From contig CBDEFQ010000006.1 of the NCBI GenBank assembly GCA_965237485.1, positions 13,407-77,406 on the forward strand: 64,000 nucleotides of DNA, given 5' to 3'. The stretch is from Candidatus Poriferihabitaceae bacterium (GTDB taxonomy: Bacteria > Pseudomonadota > Gammaproteobacteria > Arenicellales > Poriferihabitantaceae). The position numbers and the translations under genes are program-made. This document shows positions 30,746 through 41,214 of the stretch, in pieces (position 1 is the stretch's first letter; the number at the start of each line of letters is the position of its first letter). The notes below the pieces were generated by a model. It ran no database searches. It was not told the DNA's origin and saw only the letters and a list, made by a program, of their open reading frames with translations.

Positions 30746-32226
30746 TTAATATAATTAGCCAAATAAAAATCACGGTAACGTTACGGTTGCTGGGGTCGCT
30801 GGTTCTGCTGGTTTATCCTGGTAGTGTTGCAGCTAGCAATCAGGGTTTTACTAAACCGGCAACGGCACAGACTCAGACTGCGTTATCTCAGCTATCAAAT
30901 TCGGCCCAAAAAAGCATTTTCCAGCAAATAGGAAGACCAGTATCGGCTGCGCCCGCTGGCTGGGGGCACAAGTTGGCGAGTGCCGAACCGCAAGCAAGCC
31001 TACCAAACGGTGTTCGGGGCTGATGGCCCGTCGTTATCACTGCTTAGTGGCGCACCGGCCTTAGACTTGCGTCTAGCTTCAATCAGCAATGGTCGGCAAA
31101 GCTTAAGTCCAGCAGTGCGGTCAATCCAGGTTGACCCAAACCAGGCCAACCGTCTGGTGTATCGGCGGGAGCATGCGGTTCAAGAATGGTATGTCAATCG
31201 AGCCCGCGGGGTAGAGCAAGGCTTCACACTCCAGCAACCGCTGTTTGGTGCAAAAGACGACCAATTATATATCGACTTAGCCGTAAACCAAGCGTGGAAG
31301 GTGACGGTGCAAGCAGGGAATATCTACTTCAAACAGGGGGCGTCACAGCTACGCTATAGCGGTCTGAAGGCTTGGGATGCCGAGGGTTCGCGTGCTGGGG
31401 CAGCCAAATGCAGCTGGGGGCAGATCAACACATCAGGCTGGAGATTAACATCCGAGATGCGCGCTATCCGGTGACCGTTGACCCGCTAATCGAGAACGAG
31501 GACCATAAATTAATGGCCAGCGATGCGGCGCAATATGATGAATTTGGCACCTCGGTGGCGGTGAGCGGCGACACGGTGGTGGTCGGGGTGCCCCTGAACG
31601 GTGACGCGGGGTATAGTTCAGGCTCGGCCTATGTATTTGATAAGGGCCTGGACGGAACCAATAGCTTAGGATTGGTAAGGAAGCTGACAGCCAGCGATGC
31701 GGCACAAGGTGATAAATTTGGCATCTCGGTCGCGGTGAGCGGCGACACGGTTGTTGTTGGGGCAGATGAGAACGAAGACGCGGGGAGTCAATCCGGCTCA
31801 GCATATGTATTCGATCGTGACCAGGGCGGAAACAATAACTTTGGCGAAGTAAAGAAGCTGACGGCCAGTGATGCGGCGCAAGCTGATTTATTTGGCGGCT
31901 CGGTCTCGATAAGCGGCGATACGGTGGTGGTTGGAGCGCATGGGAACGACGACGCGGGAAGTCGTTCCGGCTCGGCGTATGTATTCGGTCGCGACCAAGG
32001 CGGGACCAATAATTTTGGTGAGGTAAAGAAGCTGACGACCAGCGATGCAGCCGTAAACGACGATTTTGGCCTTTCGGTCTCGATAAGCGGCGATACGGTG
32101 GTAGTCGGGGCGTGGGGTAATGAAGACGTAGGGAGTGCTGAAGTGGACCCCATGATTAGGACAGGTTGAAGGCCAAAATAAGGAGTTATTTTCTGTTTTA
32201 TAATTGTTCAAAACGAGGAACAGAAA

Positions 32227-32508
32227 ATGAGTAAAAAGCGTAGAAACCATGCCCCACCATTCAAAGCCAAAGTTGCTCTTGCAGCAATCAAAGGTGATGA
32301 AACATTAAGCAATCTTGCTAGTCGTTATGACATCAATGCAAATCTTATCGTCAAGTGGAAGAAACAATTGCTCGATAGCTCAGCTGAAGTCTTTGCATCA
32401 GGCACAGGCTTATCTCCAAACCGAGAATCAGAGATTAAATCATTACAGGCAAAGATCGGTGAAATCACCATGGAAAACGATTTTTTATCAAAAGCGCTCG
32501 GTCATTAA
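32227..32508 (+). CDS. IS3-A OrfA
   Basis: 93-aa HTH protein (MSKKRRNHAPPFKAKVALAAIKGDETLSNLASRYDINANLIVKWKKQ). Confidence 0.88.
   Translation: MSKKRRNHAPPFKAKVALAAIKGDETLSNLASRYDINANLIVKWKKQLLDSSAEVFASGTGLSPNRESEIKSLQAKIGEITMENDFLSKALGH
32481..32487 (+). promoter_or_regulatory. T-TTT-TTA candidate -1 frameshift site of IS3-A
   Basis: The orfA frame reads GAT TTT TTA. The -1 frame is open from here (FFIKSARSLNRPERKTMINK) into orfB. The same sequence is present in all four copies. Confidence 0.45.
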
Positions 32509-32528
32509 ACAGACCTGAGCGCAAAACT

Positions 32529-33353
32529 ATGATTAATAAAAGCAATAAACTATCGTTAGTTCGTCAGTGTAAATTGTTGAAGATTCATCGTTCCCATGTT
32601 TATTACAAAACCTCACCTGCTAATGAGGATGACTTGGAACTGATGCATCTGATTGATCGCATTCACCTCAATCGGCCCTTTCTTGGCAGTAGACGCATTC
32701 GTGATGTGTTGCAAGATGTAGGCCACCGAGTTGACCGTAAACATGTGCGACGCTTAATGCGTAAGATGGGCATTAAAGCCATCTATCCTAGGCCTAACAC
32801 CAGCAAGAAGAAGGCGGGGCACAAGATTTATCCTTATCTGCTAGGTGGGTTGGCCATCAATCAACCCAATCAAGCTTGGTGTACCGATATAACTTATATC
32901 CCGATGCCTAAGGGCTTTGCTTATCTTACCGTTGTGATGGATTGGTATTCTCGTAAAGTGCTGTCATGGCGGCTTAGCAACAGCATGGATAGCGCATTCT
33001 GCGTAGATGCTTTGGAAGAGGCACTGCATTACTACGGCAAGCCTGATATCTTTAACAGCGATCAAGGTGCGCAATTTACCAGTGAGGCGTTTACCGGTGT
33101 ACTCAAAGACAATGGTATTCGCATCAGCATGGATGGCAAAGGTGCTTGGCGTGACAATGTATTTGTTGAGCGCTTATGGCGCAGCGTGAAATATGAGGAA
33201 GTCTATTTGCAAGCCTACCAATCGATGAAAGAGGCAAAAGACGGCATTGGCTCCTGGATAAACTATTACAACCAAGAGCGTAAACATCAAACATTGGGCA
33301 TGGTCCCTGACATGATGTATGATCCATGTCGCGGCCTGAAATTGGCTGCTTAA
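32529..33353 (+). CDS. IS3-A OrfB (DDE integrase core)
   Basis: 274 aa with WCTDITYIP...NSDQGAQFTS...DNVFVERLWRSVKYEEVY...YNQERKHQTLG. Confidence 0.9.
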   Translation: MINKSNKLSLVRQCKLLKIHRSHVYYKTSPANEDDLELMHLIDRIHLNRPFLGSRRIRDVLQDVGHRVDRKHVRRLMRKMGIKAIYPRPNTSKKKAGHKIYPYLLGGLAINQPNQAWCTDITYIPMPKGFAYLTVVMDWYSRKVLSWRLSNSMDSAFCVDALEEALHYYGKPDIFNSDQGAQFTSEAFTGVLKDNGIRISMDGKGAWRDNVFVERLWRSVKYEEVYLQAYQSMKEAKDGIGSWINYYNQERKHQTLGMVPDMMYDPCRGLKLAA

Positions 33354-34790
33354 TCAGCTGAAAATAACTCCTAAGCCATCTGTCCTAAAAAGCGGGTCCA
33401 CTTCTTGCCTCTGGTTCAGCGTATGTATTTGATCGCGACCAAGGCGGGGCCAATAATTTTGGTGAGGTAAAAAAACTCACGGCCAGCGATGCGGCGCAAA
33501 GTGATCATTTTGGCACATCGGTCGCGGTGAGCGGCGATACGTTGGTGGTCGGGGCGCATGGGAACGACGACGCGGGGAATTTGTCTGGTTCAGCGTATGT
33601 ATTTGATCGCAGCCAAGGCGGGGCCAATAATTTTGGTGAGGTAAAAAAACTCACGGCCAGCGATGTGGCGCAAGGTGATCAATTTGGTCGTTCGGTGGCG
33701 GTAAGCGGCGACACAGTGGTGGTTGGGGCGAGATTTGACGACGACGGGGAGAGTTCTGGTTCGACCTATGTATTTGATCGCAGCCAAGGCGGGGCCAATA
33801 ACTTCGGTGAGATAAAAAAACTCACGGCCAGCGATGCAGCGGAATACGATTATTTTGGCACCTCTGTCTCGATAAGCGGCGATACGGTGGTGGTTGGGGC
33901 GTTTGAAGATGGTGATGGGGACAATGTTTACGGCTCGGCGTTTGTATTTGATCGTGACCAGGGCGGGGCCAATAACTTTGGTGAGGTAAAGAAGCTGACG
34001 GCCAGCGATGTGGTGGAATACGCTTATTTTGGCACCTCGGTTTCGATAAGCGGTGATACGGTAGTGATCGGGGCACCTAGACATAATGATCCCGAAGGCG
34101 AAAGACGCTGACCTCCATATCGTGGGCTAGCATTGCCAGAGCCATAATAGAGTTTTTTAAATGTCTATAGGAGATCAGCATCATGAGTAAAGATAACATA
34201 GTTTTTATTGGATTAGATACCCACAAAGAATCGACCGAGGTGGCGTATGTATTGGATGGCCGAGAGAACACCCCGGAACACCTTGGTAAGATAGCAACGA
34301 CGAAACAATGTTTAGTTAAATTAGCGCGTCAATTTGAGTCAAAGCACCTCAGTGCCACATTGCACTTTGTTTACGAAGCGGGTCCGTGTGGTTATTGGGT
34401 TTATCGTTTGTTAACCAGCCTTGGGCATTGTTGTTATGTTGTTGCGCCGTCGCTTATTCCTAAAAAGCCAAGGGATAAAGTAAAAACGGATAAGCGTGAC
34501 GCAATGAATTTGGCTCGATTACTTAAGAATGCGGATTTAACCGCAATTTATGTACCCGAACCAGAGGATGAGGCGATACGAGATTTATCCCGTGCGCGCG
34601 AGCGGGGCATGTACGACCTTAAAGATGCCAAATACCAACTCAAGGCTTTACTGCTGCGCAATAATATCCGTTATGAGGGGATCGCAAATTGGAGTTTGAA
34701 GCTGAAGTGGACCCCATGATTAGGACAGGTTGAAGGCCAAAATAAGGAGTTATTTTCTGTTTTATAATTGTTCAAAACGAGGAACAGAAA

Positions 34791-35072
34791 ATGAGTAAAA
34801 AGCGTAGAAACCATGCCCCACCATTCAAAGCCAAAGTTGCTCTTGCAGCAATCAAAGGTGATGAAACATTAAGCAATCTTGCTAGTCGTTATGACATCAA
34901 TGCAAATCTTATCGTCAAGTGGAAGAAACAATTGCTCGATAGCTCAGCTGAAGTCTTTGCATCAGGCACAGGCTTATCTCCAAACCGAGAATCAGAGATT
35001 AAATCATTACAGGCAAAGATCGGTGAAATCACCATGGAAAACGATTTTTTATCAAAAGCGCTCGGTCGTTAA
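34791..35072 (+). CDS. IS3-A OrfA
   Basis: Identical to the copy A protein except for the last residue. Confidence 0.88.
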   Translation: MSKKRRNHAPPFKAKVALAAIKGDETLSNLASRYDINANLIVKWKKQLLDSSAEVFASGTGLSPNRESEIKSLQAKIGEITMENDFLSKALGR

Positions 35073-35092
35073 ACAGACCTGAGCGCAAAACT

Positions 35093-35917
35093 ATGATTAA
35101 TAAAAGCAATAAACTATCGTTAGTTCGTCAGTGTAAATTGTTGAAGATTCATCGTTCCCATGTTTATTACAAAACCTCACCTGCTAATGAGGATGACTTG
35201 GAACTGATGCATCTGATTGATCGCATTCACCTCAATCGGCCCTTTCTTGGCAGTAGACGCATTCGTGATGTGTTGCAAGATGTAGGCCACCGAGTTGACC
35301 GTAAACATGTGCGACGCTTAATGCGTAAGATGGGCATTAAAGCCATCTATCCTAGGCCTAACACCAGCAAGAAGAAGGCGGGGCACAAGATTTATCCTTA
35401 TCTGCTAGGTGGGTTGGCCATCAATCAACCCAATCAAGCTTGGTGTACCGATATAACTTATATCCCGATGCCTAAGGGCTTTGCTTATCTTACCGTTGTG
35501 ATGGATTGGTATTCTCGTAAAGTGCTGTCATGGCGGCTTAGCAACAGCATGGATAGCGCATTCTGCGTAGATGCTTTGGAAGAGGCACTGCATTACTACG
35601 GCAAGCCTGATATCTTTAACAGCGATCAAGGTGCGCAATTTACCAGTGAGGCGTTTACCGGTGTACTCAAAGACAATGGTATTCGCATCAGCATGGATGG
35701 CAAAGGTGCTTGGCGTGACAATGTATTTGTTGAGCGCTTATGGCGCAGCGTGAAATATGAGGAAGTCTATTTGCAAGCCTACCAATCGATGAAAGAGGCA
35801 AAAGACGGCATTGGCTCCTGGATAAACTATTACAACCAAGAGCGTAAACATCAAACATTGGGCATGGTCCCTGACATGATGTATGATCCATGTCGCGGCC
35901 TGAAATTGGCTGCTTAA
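35093..35917 (+). CDS. IS3-A OrfB
   Basis: Identical to the copy A OrfB. Confidence 0.9.
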   Translation: MINKSNKLSLVRQCKLLKIHRSHVYYKTSPANEDDLELMHLIDRIHLNRPFLGSRRIRDVLQDVGHRVDRKHVRRLMRKMGIKAIYPRPNTSKKKAGHKIYPYLLGGLAINQPNQAWCTDITYIPMPKGFAYLTVVMDWYSRKVLSWRLSNSMDSAFCVDALEEALHYYGKPDIFNSDQGAQFTSEAFTGVLKDNGIRISMDGKGAWRDNVFVERLWRSVKYEEVYLQAYQSMKEAKDGIGSWINYYNQERKHQTLGMVPDMMYDPCRGLKLAA

Positions 35918-36334
35918 TCAGCTGAAAATAACTCCTAAGCCATCTGTCCTAAAAAGCGGGTCCACTTCTAGCATCTGCGTTGGTTAACAGAGTTGGTGTT
36001 ACCGCAGCCGTGCCAACAGATCGTGTTACAAGAATATATTCAAACGGTAACGGAGCGCACAGATCGAGTTGATCGGTTAGATAACGAGTTATCCTATCAG
36101 GTAAAAAGTTGGCGTTATTACCCGGTAGTTAAGGCGCTTCAATCAATTGCATATTTTTACCAACCGTGGCCAGTTAATTTTACGTAGCGAGGCCACCTAA
36201 TTTTACCAACCGTGGCCACTGATTTTTATCGAAGCGCGGACACTTTTTCGCTTCCGTAAAATTCCTCCACAGCCTTCTTGCGGTTAACACTATAACCGTT
36301 AACCTGCCGTTCTTTTATTTGTATTGGAACAGCT

Positions 36335-37882
36335 ATGAAACCCAAGAAGGTCACTATGTTAAAACTCAAAGACATTCTGCGCTTGCACTATGAGGCGCAA
36401 CTATCCTCCCGTAAAATCGCGCTCAGCTTAAACCTGTCACGCAGCGCCGTATCCAAATATCTCGTCAGAGCAACAAATGCCCAATTAAGCTGGCCCCTGC
36501 CAGCAGGCATGGATGAACAACAGCTGCAGGCGATATTAAAGCCGCCCAAATGCAGAGGCCCTGCCACTGCTTTATTGTGTGAGCCAGACTTTGCACAAAT
36601 ATCAGTTGAACGGTCTCGTAAAGGGATGACTCGCCAATTACTGTGGGAAGAATACGCCGAGCATCATCCAGTCAACCATTACAGCTATTCTCGCTTCACG
36701 GTGTTGTTCGGTCAGTGGCGCAAGAAGCAAAGAATCTCGATGCGCCAGACTCATATTGCTGGAGATAAACTGTTTGTTGATTATGCTGGTTTAACCTTAG
36801 GTATTATTGATGCTCGTACGGGTGAAGCACGCCCTGCCCAAGTATTCGTTTCAGTGCTCGGAGTCAGTTCCTATACCTACGCCGAGGCCACATGGACACA
36901 GAGCTTGCCTGACTGGATAGGCCCACACGTTCGCGCCTTTGAATTTTATGGCGGTGTTACTCAAACAGTGGTGCCCGATAACCTCAAGAGTGCTGTTTCT
37001 AAAGCCGGTCGTTATGACCCCGAACTCAACCCCAGCTATGCACAATTAGCCGCCTATTACGGTGTGGCGGTGATGCCTGCCAGACCTTATAAGCCTAAGG
37101 ATAAATCTAAAGCCGAGGTGGGCGTACAGATTGTCGAACGCTGGATCATGATGCGGCTGCGCAAGCTGCAATTGTTTAGTTTGGATGAGGCTAATCAAGC
37201 TATTCGAGGATTGCTAGATGATCTAAACAATCGCCCCTTTAAACAACGCCCGGGTTCTCGCCGCTCACAGTTTGAATCAATTGATAAGCCTGCTCTTAAA
37301 TCATTGCCTGGCACGCCTTATAGCTATCGCCATGTAGTAAAAGCACGGGCGCACATCGATTATCACGTTAGCTATGATGGACATCATTACTCGGTTCCCT
37401 ATCAATTGCGCGGCGAGGCAGTAATGTTACACGTCGGCGAGCACTGTATTGATGTGTTCTACCAAGGCAAGGGTGTCGCGCAACATCCGCGAGCAATGGG
37501 CCAAGGCGGACACACAACCCATGTCGCTCACATGCCTAAAGCTCATGCTAAACACCAAGAGTGGACGCTTGGTCGGTTTCTTAATTGGGCAAGTCAGGTC
37601 GGTGCGGCGACAGAGCGCGTGGTGCGTTATCAATTAGAAAATCGCCCCCATCCAGAACATGGTTATCGTGCTTGTTTGGGCATTCTTAACCTTGCCAAGA
37701 AATACGGCAAGACGCGTTTAGAGAATGCCTGTTTACGCGCAGAGAAGATTGGCGGCCTGCATTACAAACACCTTGCATCAATACTACAAACCCGTCTCGA
37801 CAAGCTACCTACCGAACCCGATAAGCAACAGACTTTGCCAAGCACCCATGCCAATGTGCGCGGAGCCGATTACTACCATTAA
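36335..37882 (+). CDS. istA: IS21-family transposase IstA
   Basis: 515 aa with an HTH followed by a DDE domain (LFVDYAG...VPDNLKSAV). Confidence 0.9.
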   Translation: MKPKKVTMLKLKDILRLHYEAQLSSRKIALSLNLSRSAVSKYLVRATNAQLSWPLPAGMDEQQLQAILKPPKCRGPATALLCEPDFAQISVERSRKGMTRQLLWEEYAEHHPVNHYSYSRFTVLFGQWRKKQRISMRQTHIAGDKLFVDYAGLTLGIIDARTGEARPAQVFVSVLGVSSYTYAEATWTQSLPDWIGPHVRAFEFYGGVTQTVVPDNLKSAVSKAGRYDPELNPSYAQLAAYYGVAVMPARPYKPKDKSKAEVGVQIVERWIMMRLRKLQLFSLDEANQAIRGLLDDLNNRPFKQRPGSRRSQFESIDKPALKSLPGTPYSYRHVVKARAHIDYHVSYDGHHYSVPYQLRGEAVMLHVGEHCIDVFYQGKGVAQHPRAMGQGGHTTHVAHMPKAHAKHQEWTLGRFLNWASQVGAATERVVRYQLENRPHPEHGYRACLGILNLAKKYGKTRLENACLRAEKIGGLHYKHLASILQTRLDKLPTEPDKQQTLPSTHANVRGADYYH

Positions 37883-37919
37883 CCCAAACCATTTCATCTA
37901 TAACCAACAGGAAAATACT

Positions 37920-38666
37920 ATGACTCCACAACAAACCCTTACCCAACTGAATGAATTACGCCTAACGGGCATGGCCGAGCAACTGTGCTATCAGTTCGAC
38001 CCACCTAACACTTATGATGAGCTGGGCTTTATCGAACGACTCAGTTTGCTCGTAAACCACGAGGCCACCGTGCGGGATAACCGCAAAGTCACGCGTTTAC
38101 TCAAGCAAGCGAAGTTACGATATCGCGCCCAAGCAGACGACATCGATTACCGAACTAGACGAGGTTTACACAAAGACACGGTAGCGCAGTTACTGGCCCT
38201 AGACGGGGTAAACAAAAGCCGCAATGTCATCATCCAGGGCCCTACAGGCACCGGCAAAACCTTCTTGGCCTGTGTGTTAGGACAAGCGACTTGTGAGCAC
38301 GGCATTAGCACAAAATATATTCGTGCTAGCCGCTTATTTGAAGCAATGACCTTGAGCCATGGTGATGGCAGTTACACCAAGCTACTGGCACAAATAGCAA
38401 AAATCAAACTATTGATTATCGATGACTGGGGCTTGGATACACTGACTCAGCAAAACCGTAATGACCGATTAGAAATAATAGAAGATCGCCACGGTAATGG
38501 CGCCACCTTAATCACCAGTCAATTGCCCACACAACATTGGCATGATGCGATTGGTGAAGCCACTTTGGCTGATGCGATTCTGGATCGCTTATTACACAAC
38601 GCGCACAAAATACAATTAGAGGGGGAATCGATGAGAAAAATCCAGTCACAACAGAGCAAAGTGTAG
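37920..38666 (+). CDS. istB: IS21-family helper ATPase IstB
   Basis: Starts at ATG 37920 (MTPQQTLTQLNELRLTGMA). It carries Walker A GPTGTGKTF and Walker B LLIIDDWG. The track start at 37725 overlaps istA and is unlikely. Confidence 0.9.
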   Translation: MTPQQTLTQLNELRLTGMAEQLCYQFDPPNTYDELGFIERLSLLVNHEATVRDNRKVTRLLKQAKLRYRAQADDIDYRTRRGLHKDTVAQLLALDGVNKSRNVIIQGPTGTGKTFLACVLGQATCEHGISTKYIRASRLFEAMTLSHGDGSYTKLLAQIAKIKLLIIDDWGLDTLTQQNRNDRLEIIEDRHGNGATLITSQLPTQHWHDAIGEATLADAILDRLLHNAHKIQLEGESMRKIQSQQSKV

Positions 38667-38759
38667 CCACTTTACGTTAAAATCACTTGACCGTTTGAAG
38701 GCTTGGTGCAAGTGGCCACGCTTCGTAAAATTCGGTGGCCACGGTTGTAAAAATACGCA

Positions 38760-40082
38760 CTCACAGGCCACCGTGACTGTTTCCAAGCCATGCTGGTGAA
38801 TCAATAGTAACAATTGTACAAACTCTCGATCACCGCCATCACGTTTGAGGTACTGTTTTTTGAGTGTTAGCAGCGCCTTGGGTAAATCCCAATCAACAAA
38901 CGGTGCGCCATTGCGTAATGCGCCAGGTTTAATCTCCAGTACGGGCAGATAATGCCAAGGATCAAAGATCATTTGATGACGACCGAAACAGCGAGCATGT
39001 GAAGTCACTTCCACATCGTCAACCACGACTTTAATCCTATCTGCATAGGCTCTAACAGAAACAGCTTGGCCAACATACCGACAGGGTACGGAGTATTAAT
39101 GGCGGTCGTAGTGCACCACACCGGTTTTATGCACACGCGCCAAACGCTCATAATATCCATCAAAGGCTACCATCGCGGGACGTAAGCTCGGCTGCTCCTC
39201 GGCAAACACTTCATCAATTAGTCTTGATTTGTCAGTCGGGTGTGGGCGTTCACCAAGTCGAGCACAACGTTGCTCCAGCCATTGGTTTAATTCATCTAAA
39301 TCAGCAAAGCGCACCCGTGGAACAAACAGCCTTTGGCGCATAACACCGACCTGACGTTCAACCTGGCCTTTCTCCCAACCCGCTGCCGGTGTACAGGCAA
39401 TCGGTTCAATCAGATAATGATTCATCCGGCTTAGAAAGCGGCGATTAAACTCACGCCGCTTACCCTTAAACAATGCACTGACTATGGTCTTAGGGTGATC
39501 GTATATCATCTTCTGAGGTAAGCCCTCAAAGAAATCAAACGCCCGAATATGTGCATCAAACACCCTCTCCTGTGTTTCTCTGGGATAGGCCCTAAGATAT
39601 GATTTACGCGAATGACATAAACGAAAGTGGGCTAGTTTGATCTTGACACCAAACCCACCCAGAATGACTTGTTCATGTGACCAATCAAACTGACAGGCTT
39701 CACCTGGTGCAAAAACCAATGGCACAAATGCTTGTTTAATACATGACCGCGAGTGATCCTTCCACGCTTTGACAAACCGTTGAACGCTGTCATAAGCCCC
39801 TCGATACCCTTGCAACTCAATCTCTTCATACAGTTGAACTGCATTACGTCTTTCTCGCACTGAGCGAGCTGCGTCCACTTCAAGCAAATTGATCAACTGA
39901 GGTTTGAACTTATCCAGCTTCGGACAGACTATTGGCACCGACCGCTGATATTCAGGTTCACTTGGCGCGTTGTTTAAATATTTATAAATAGTGGTGCGTG
40001 ATAAATTGAATTCACGCGACACCTCGCTTACTTTGCGACCTTCTACTAAACACAAACGTCGTATCTTGGTACATATAGGCAT
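38760..40082 (-). pseudogene. istA: IstA of IS21 element 2, with an in-frame TAA and a 3-prime truncation
   Basis: Starts at ATG 40082 (MPICTKIRRL...). There is an in-frame TAA at 39098-39096. The same frame continues (..YSVPCRYVGQAVSV...DPWHYLPVL...) until it is cut at 38760. Confidence 0.75.
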
Positions 40083-40198
40083 ACAAATCACCTGACAGTT
40101 TCCTCGGATTAATGGCTCCGAGACAGTTAACAATAAAGGTGTTCAGTTTTGTACGCTGATCACCCACGAAACTGTTCATTTTTGCACGCTGTTCAACA
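38760..40198 (-). mobile_element. IS21-family element 2, 5-prime remnant
   Basis: Its outer end near 40198 has repeated GTTCA-TTTTG-ACGCTG motifs. Its inner end is cut by IS21 element 1. Confidence 0.65.
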
Positions 40199-40391
40199 AA
40201 CACGGCGCAAACATCAAATGGGAGGAAAATTTTAACGACGTGATTGATAAGTCAATATTAGAGGCACGACTAGAGATACCGCTAATAAAATGAAAATTGT
40301 CCAACGACTAACACTACCAACCCCTAGTTGAAAAGAGCATATCTTATGTACTGTAATAATTTACTTCGTACAATAGCCGTTTAAAAAGCTT

Positions 40392-41036
40392 ATGATAACG
40401 AATGCCCTAATAGTAGAAGATCACTTTTCCGCACGGACTGCATTATCTGAGATAGTTACAAAGCTCAATACGAGTATGAAAGTGACTGCTGTTTCAAGCC
40501 TTGCTGAAGCCCACACTTCTCTCAAGGTTCAGCGCATAGATCTAGCACTGTTAGATATTAATCTGCCTGATGGTAGCGGTATTAACTTAATAGCCATAAT
40601 TAGAGAAATGTACCCGTCATGTTGCGTCGTTATGTCGACGGTATATAACAATAGTGAAATGTTATTTAGTGCATTGCGTCAAGGCACCAATGGTTACTTA
40701 CTCAAACAAGATTCCCCTAAAATCATTGTAGATGCGCTCAATGGAATTTTACTAGGGAATCCTCCTTTATCCCCGTATATGGCGCAACGAATGGTGAGGT
40801 ATTTTCATCCCGAACAAAACCAAATAAAGCCCCACCTCACCCAGAGAGAAGCCGAAGTACTTTCATTATTAGCGAACGGCTATCACCGTGGCGAGATATC
40901 GCAATCTCTTGAAATAACACGAAATACGGTGTCAGATCACATCAAACAAATATATGTCAAACTTGATGTGAATACCTGTGCTCAGGCGACGCTAAAGGCG
41001 GTTAATATGGGCTTGGTTGATCCAGCTTCACACTAA
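40392..41036 (+). CDS. NarL/FixJ-type response regulator (REC + LuxR HTH)
   Basis: 214 aa with the receiver motifs IVEDH, LALLDINLPDGSG and GYLLK. The C-terminal HTH reads LTQREAEVLSLLANGYHRGEISQSLEITRNTVSDHIKQIYVKL. Confidence 0.88.
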   Translation: MITNALIVEDHFSARTALSEIVTKLNTSMKVTAVSSLAEAHTSLKVQRIDLALLDINLPDGSGINLIAIIREMYPSCCVVMSTVYNNSEMLFSALRQGTNGYLLKQDSPKIIVDALNGILLGNPPLSPYMAQRMVRYFHPEQNQIKPHLTQREAEVLSLLANGYHRGEISQSLEITRNTVSDHIKQIYVKLDVNTCAQATLKAVNMGLVDPASH

Positions 41037-41098
41037 TCGAGGCAGGCCAAATTGTGCTTAGCAATGGAGGGTTTGCGTCTTTATCTAATAGTAGTATC

Positions 41099-41119
41099 CA
41101 AACCTCTTTGAGGTTTGGG
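41099..41119 (+). terminator. Possible stem-loop downstream of the response regulator
   Basis: CCAAACCTC-TTT-GAGGTTTGG forms a perfect 9-bp stem. There is no U-tract, so terminator function is uncertain. Confidence 0.3.
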
Positions 41120-41214
41120 TTGATGTATCATCGCGAGAAAAGTGATTGGTGATCTCTCTAATAGCATTTGTGACTCTGCGCGCTGAACAATACTAACTGC
41201 AAGACTAAACGGCT

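Larger units (their letters stand above)
32139..33405 (+). mobile_element. IS3-family element type A, copy A (1267 bp)
   Basis: Ends are TGAAGTGGACCC and GGGTCCACTTCT. The 3-bp TSD TGC lies at 32136-38 and 33406-08. Confidence 0.92.
30733..34111 (+). pseudogene. Secreted FG-GAP-like repeat protein with two frameshifts and an IS3 insertion
   Basis: The frame changes near 30980-31023 and again near 31395-31405. It has a signal-like N-terminus and then repeats of about 57 aa (SGSAYVFDRDQGGxNNFGEVKKLTASDAAxxDxFGxSVxxSGDTVVVGA). IS3-A copy A splits the gene at 32139-33405. Confidence 0.75.
34703..35969 (+). mobile_element. IS3-family element type A, copy B
   Basis: It has the same ends as copy A. 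The TSD AGC lies at 34700-02 and 35970-72. Confidence 0.92.
34183..36147 (+). pseudogene. IS110-family (DEDD) transposase, interrupted by IS3-A copy B and truncated by IS21
   Basis: The N-terminus is IGLDTHKEST...YEAGPCGYW...KTDKRDAMNLARL. It continues after copy B at 35970 (..YYPVVKALQSI) and is cut at 36148. Confidence 0.8.
36148..38759 (+). mobile_element. IS21-family element 1 (2612 bp)
   Basis: The ends are TGCATATTTTTACCAACCGTGGCCAG and GGTGGCCACGGTTGTAAAAATACGCA. Additional subterminal GTGGCCA-containing repeats are typical of IS21. No TSD is present. Confidence 0.85.

Noticed and set aside
31445-34084. Long antisense and alternative-frame ORFs across the FG-GAP repeats (31445-31804, 31788-32153, 31888-32250, 33590-34084, 33822-34076).
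   Set aside because: They are by-products of the repetitive, stop-poor repeat DNA. The sense frame has the recognisable FG-GAP-like repeat.
37725-37919. The extended istB start in the ORF track (313 aa).
   Set aside because: It overlaps the istA 3-prime end in another frame. The ATG at 37920 gives the standard IstB N-terminus of about 248 aa.
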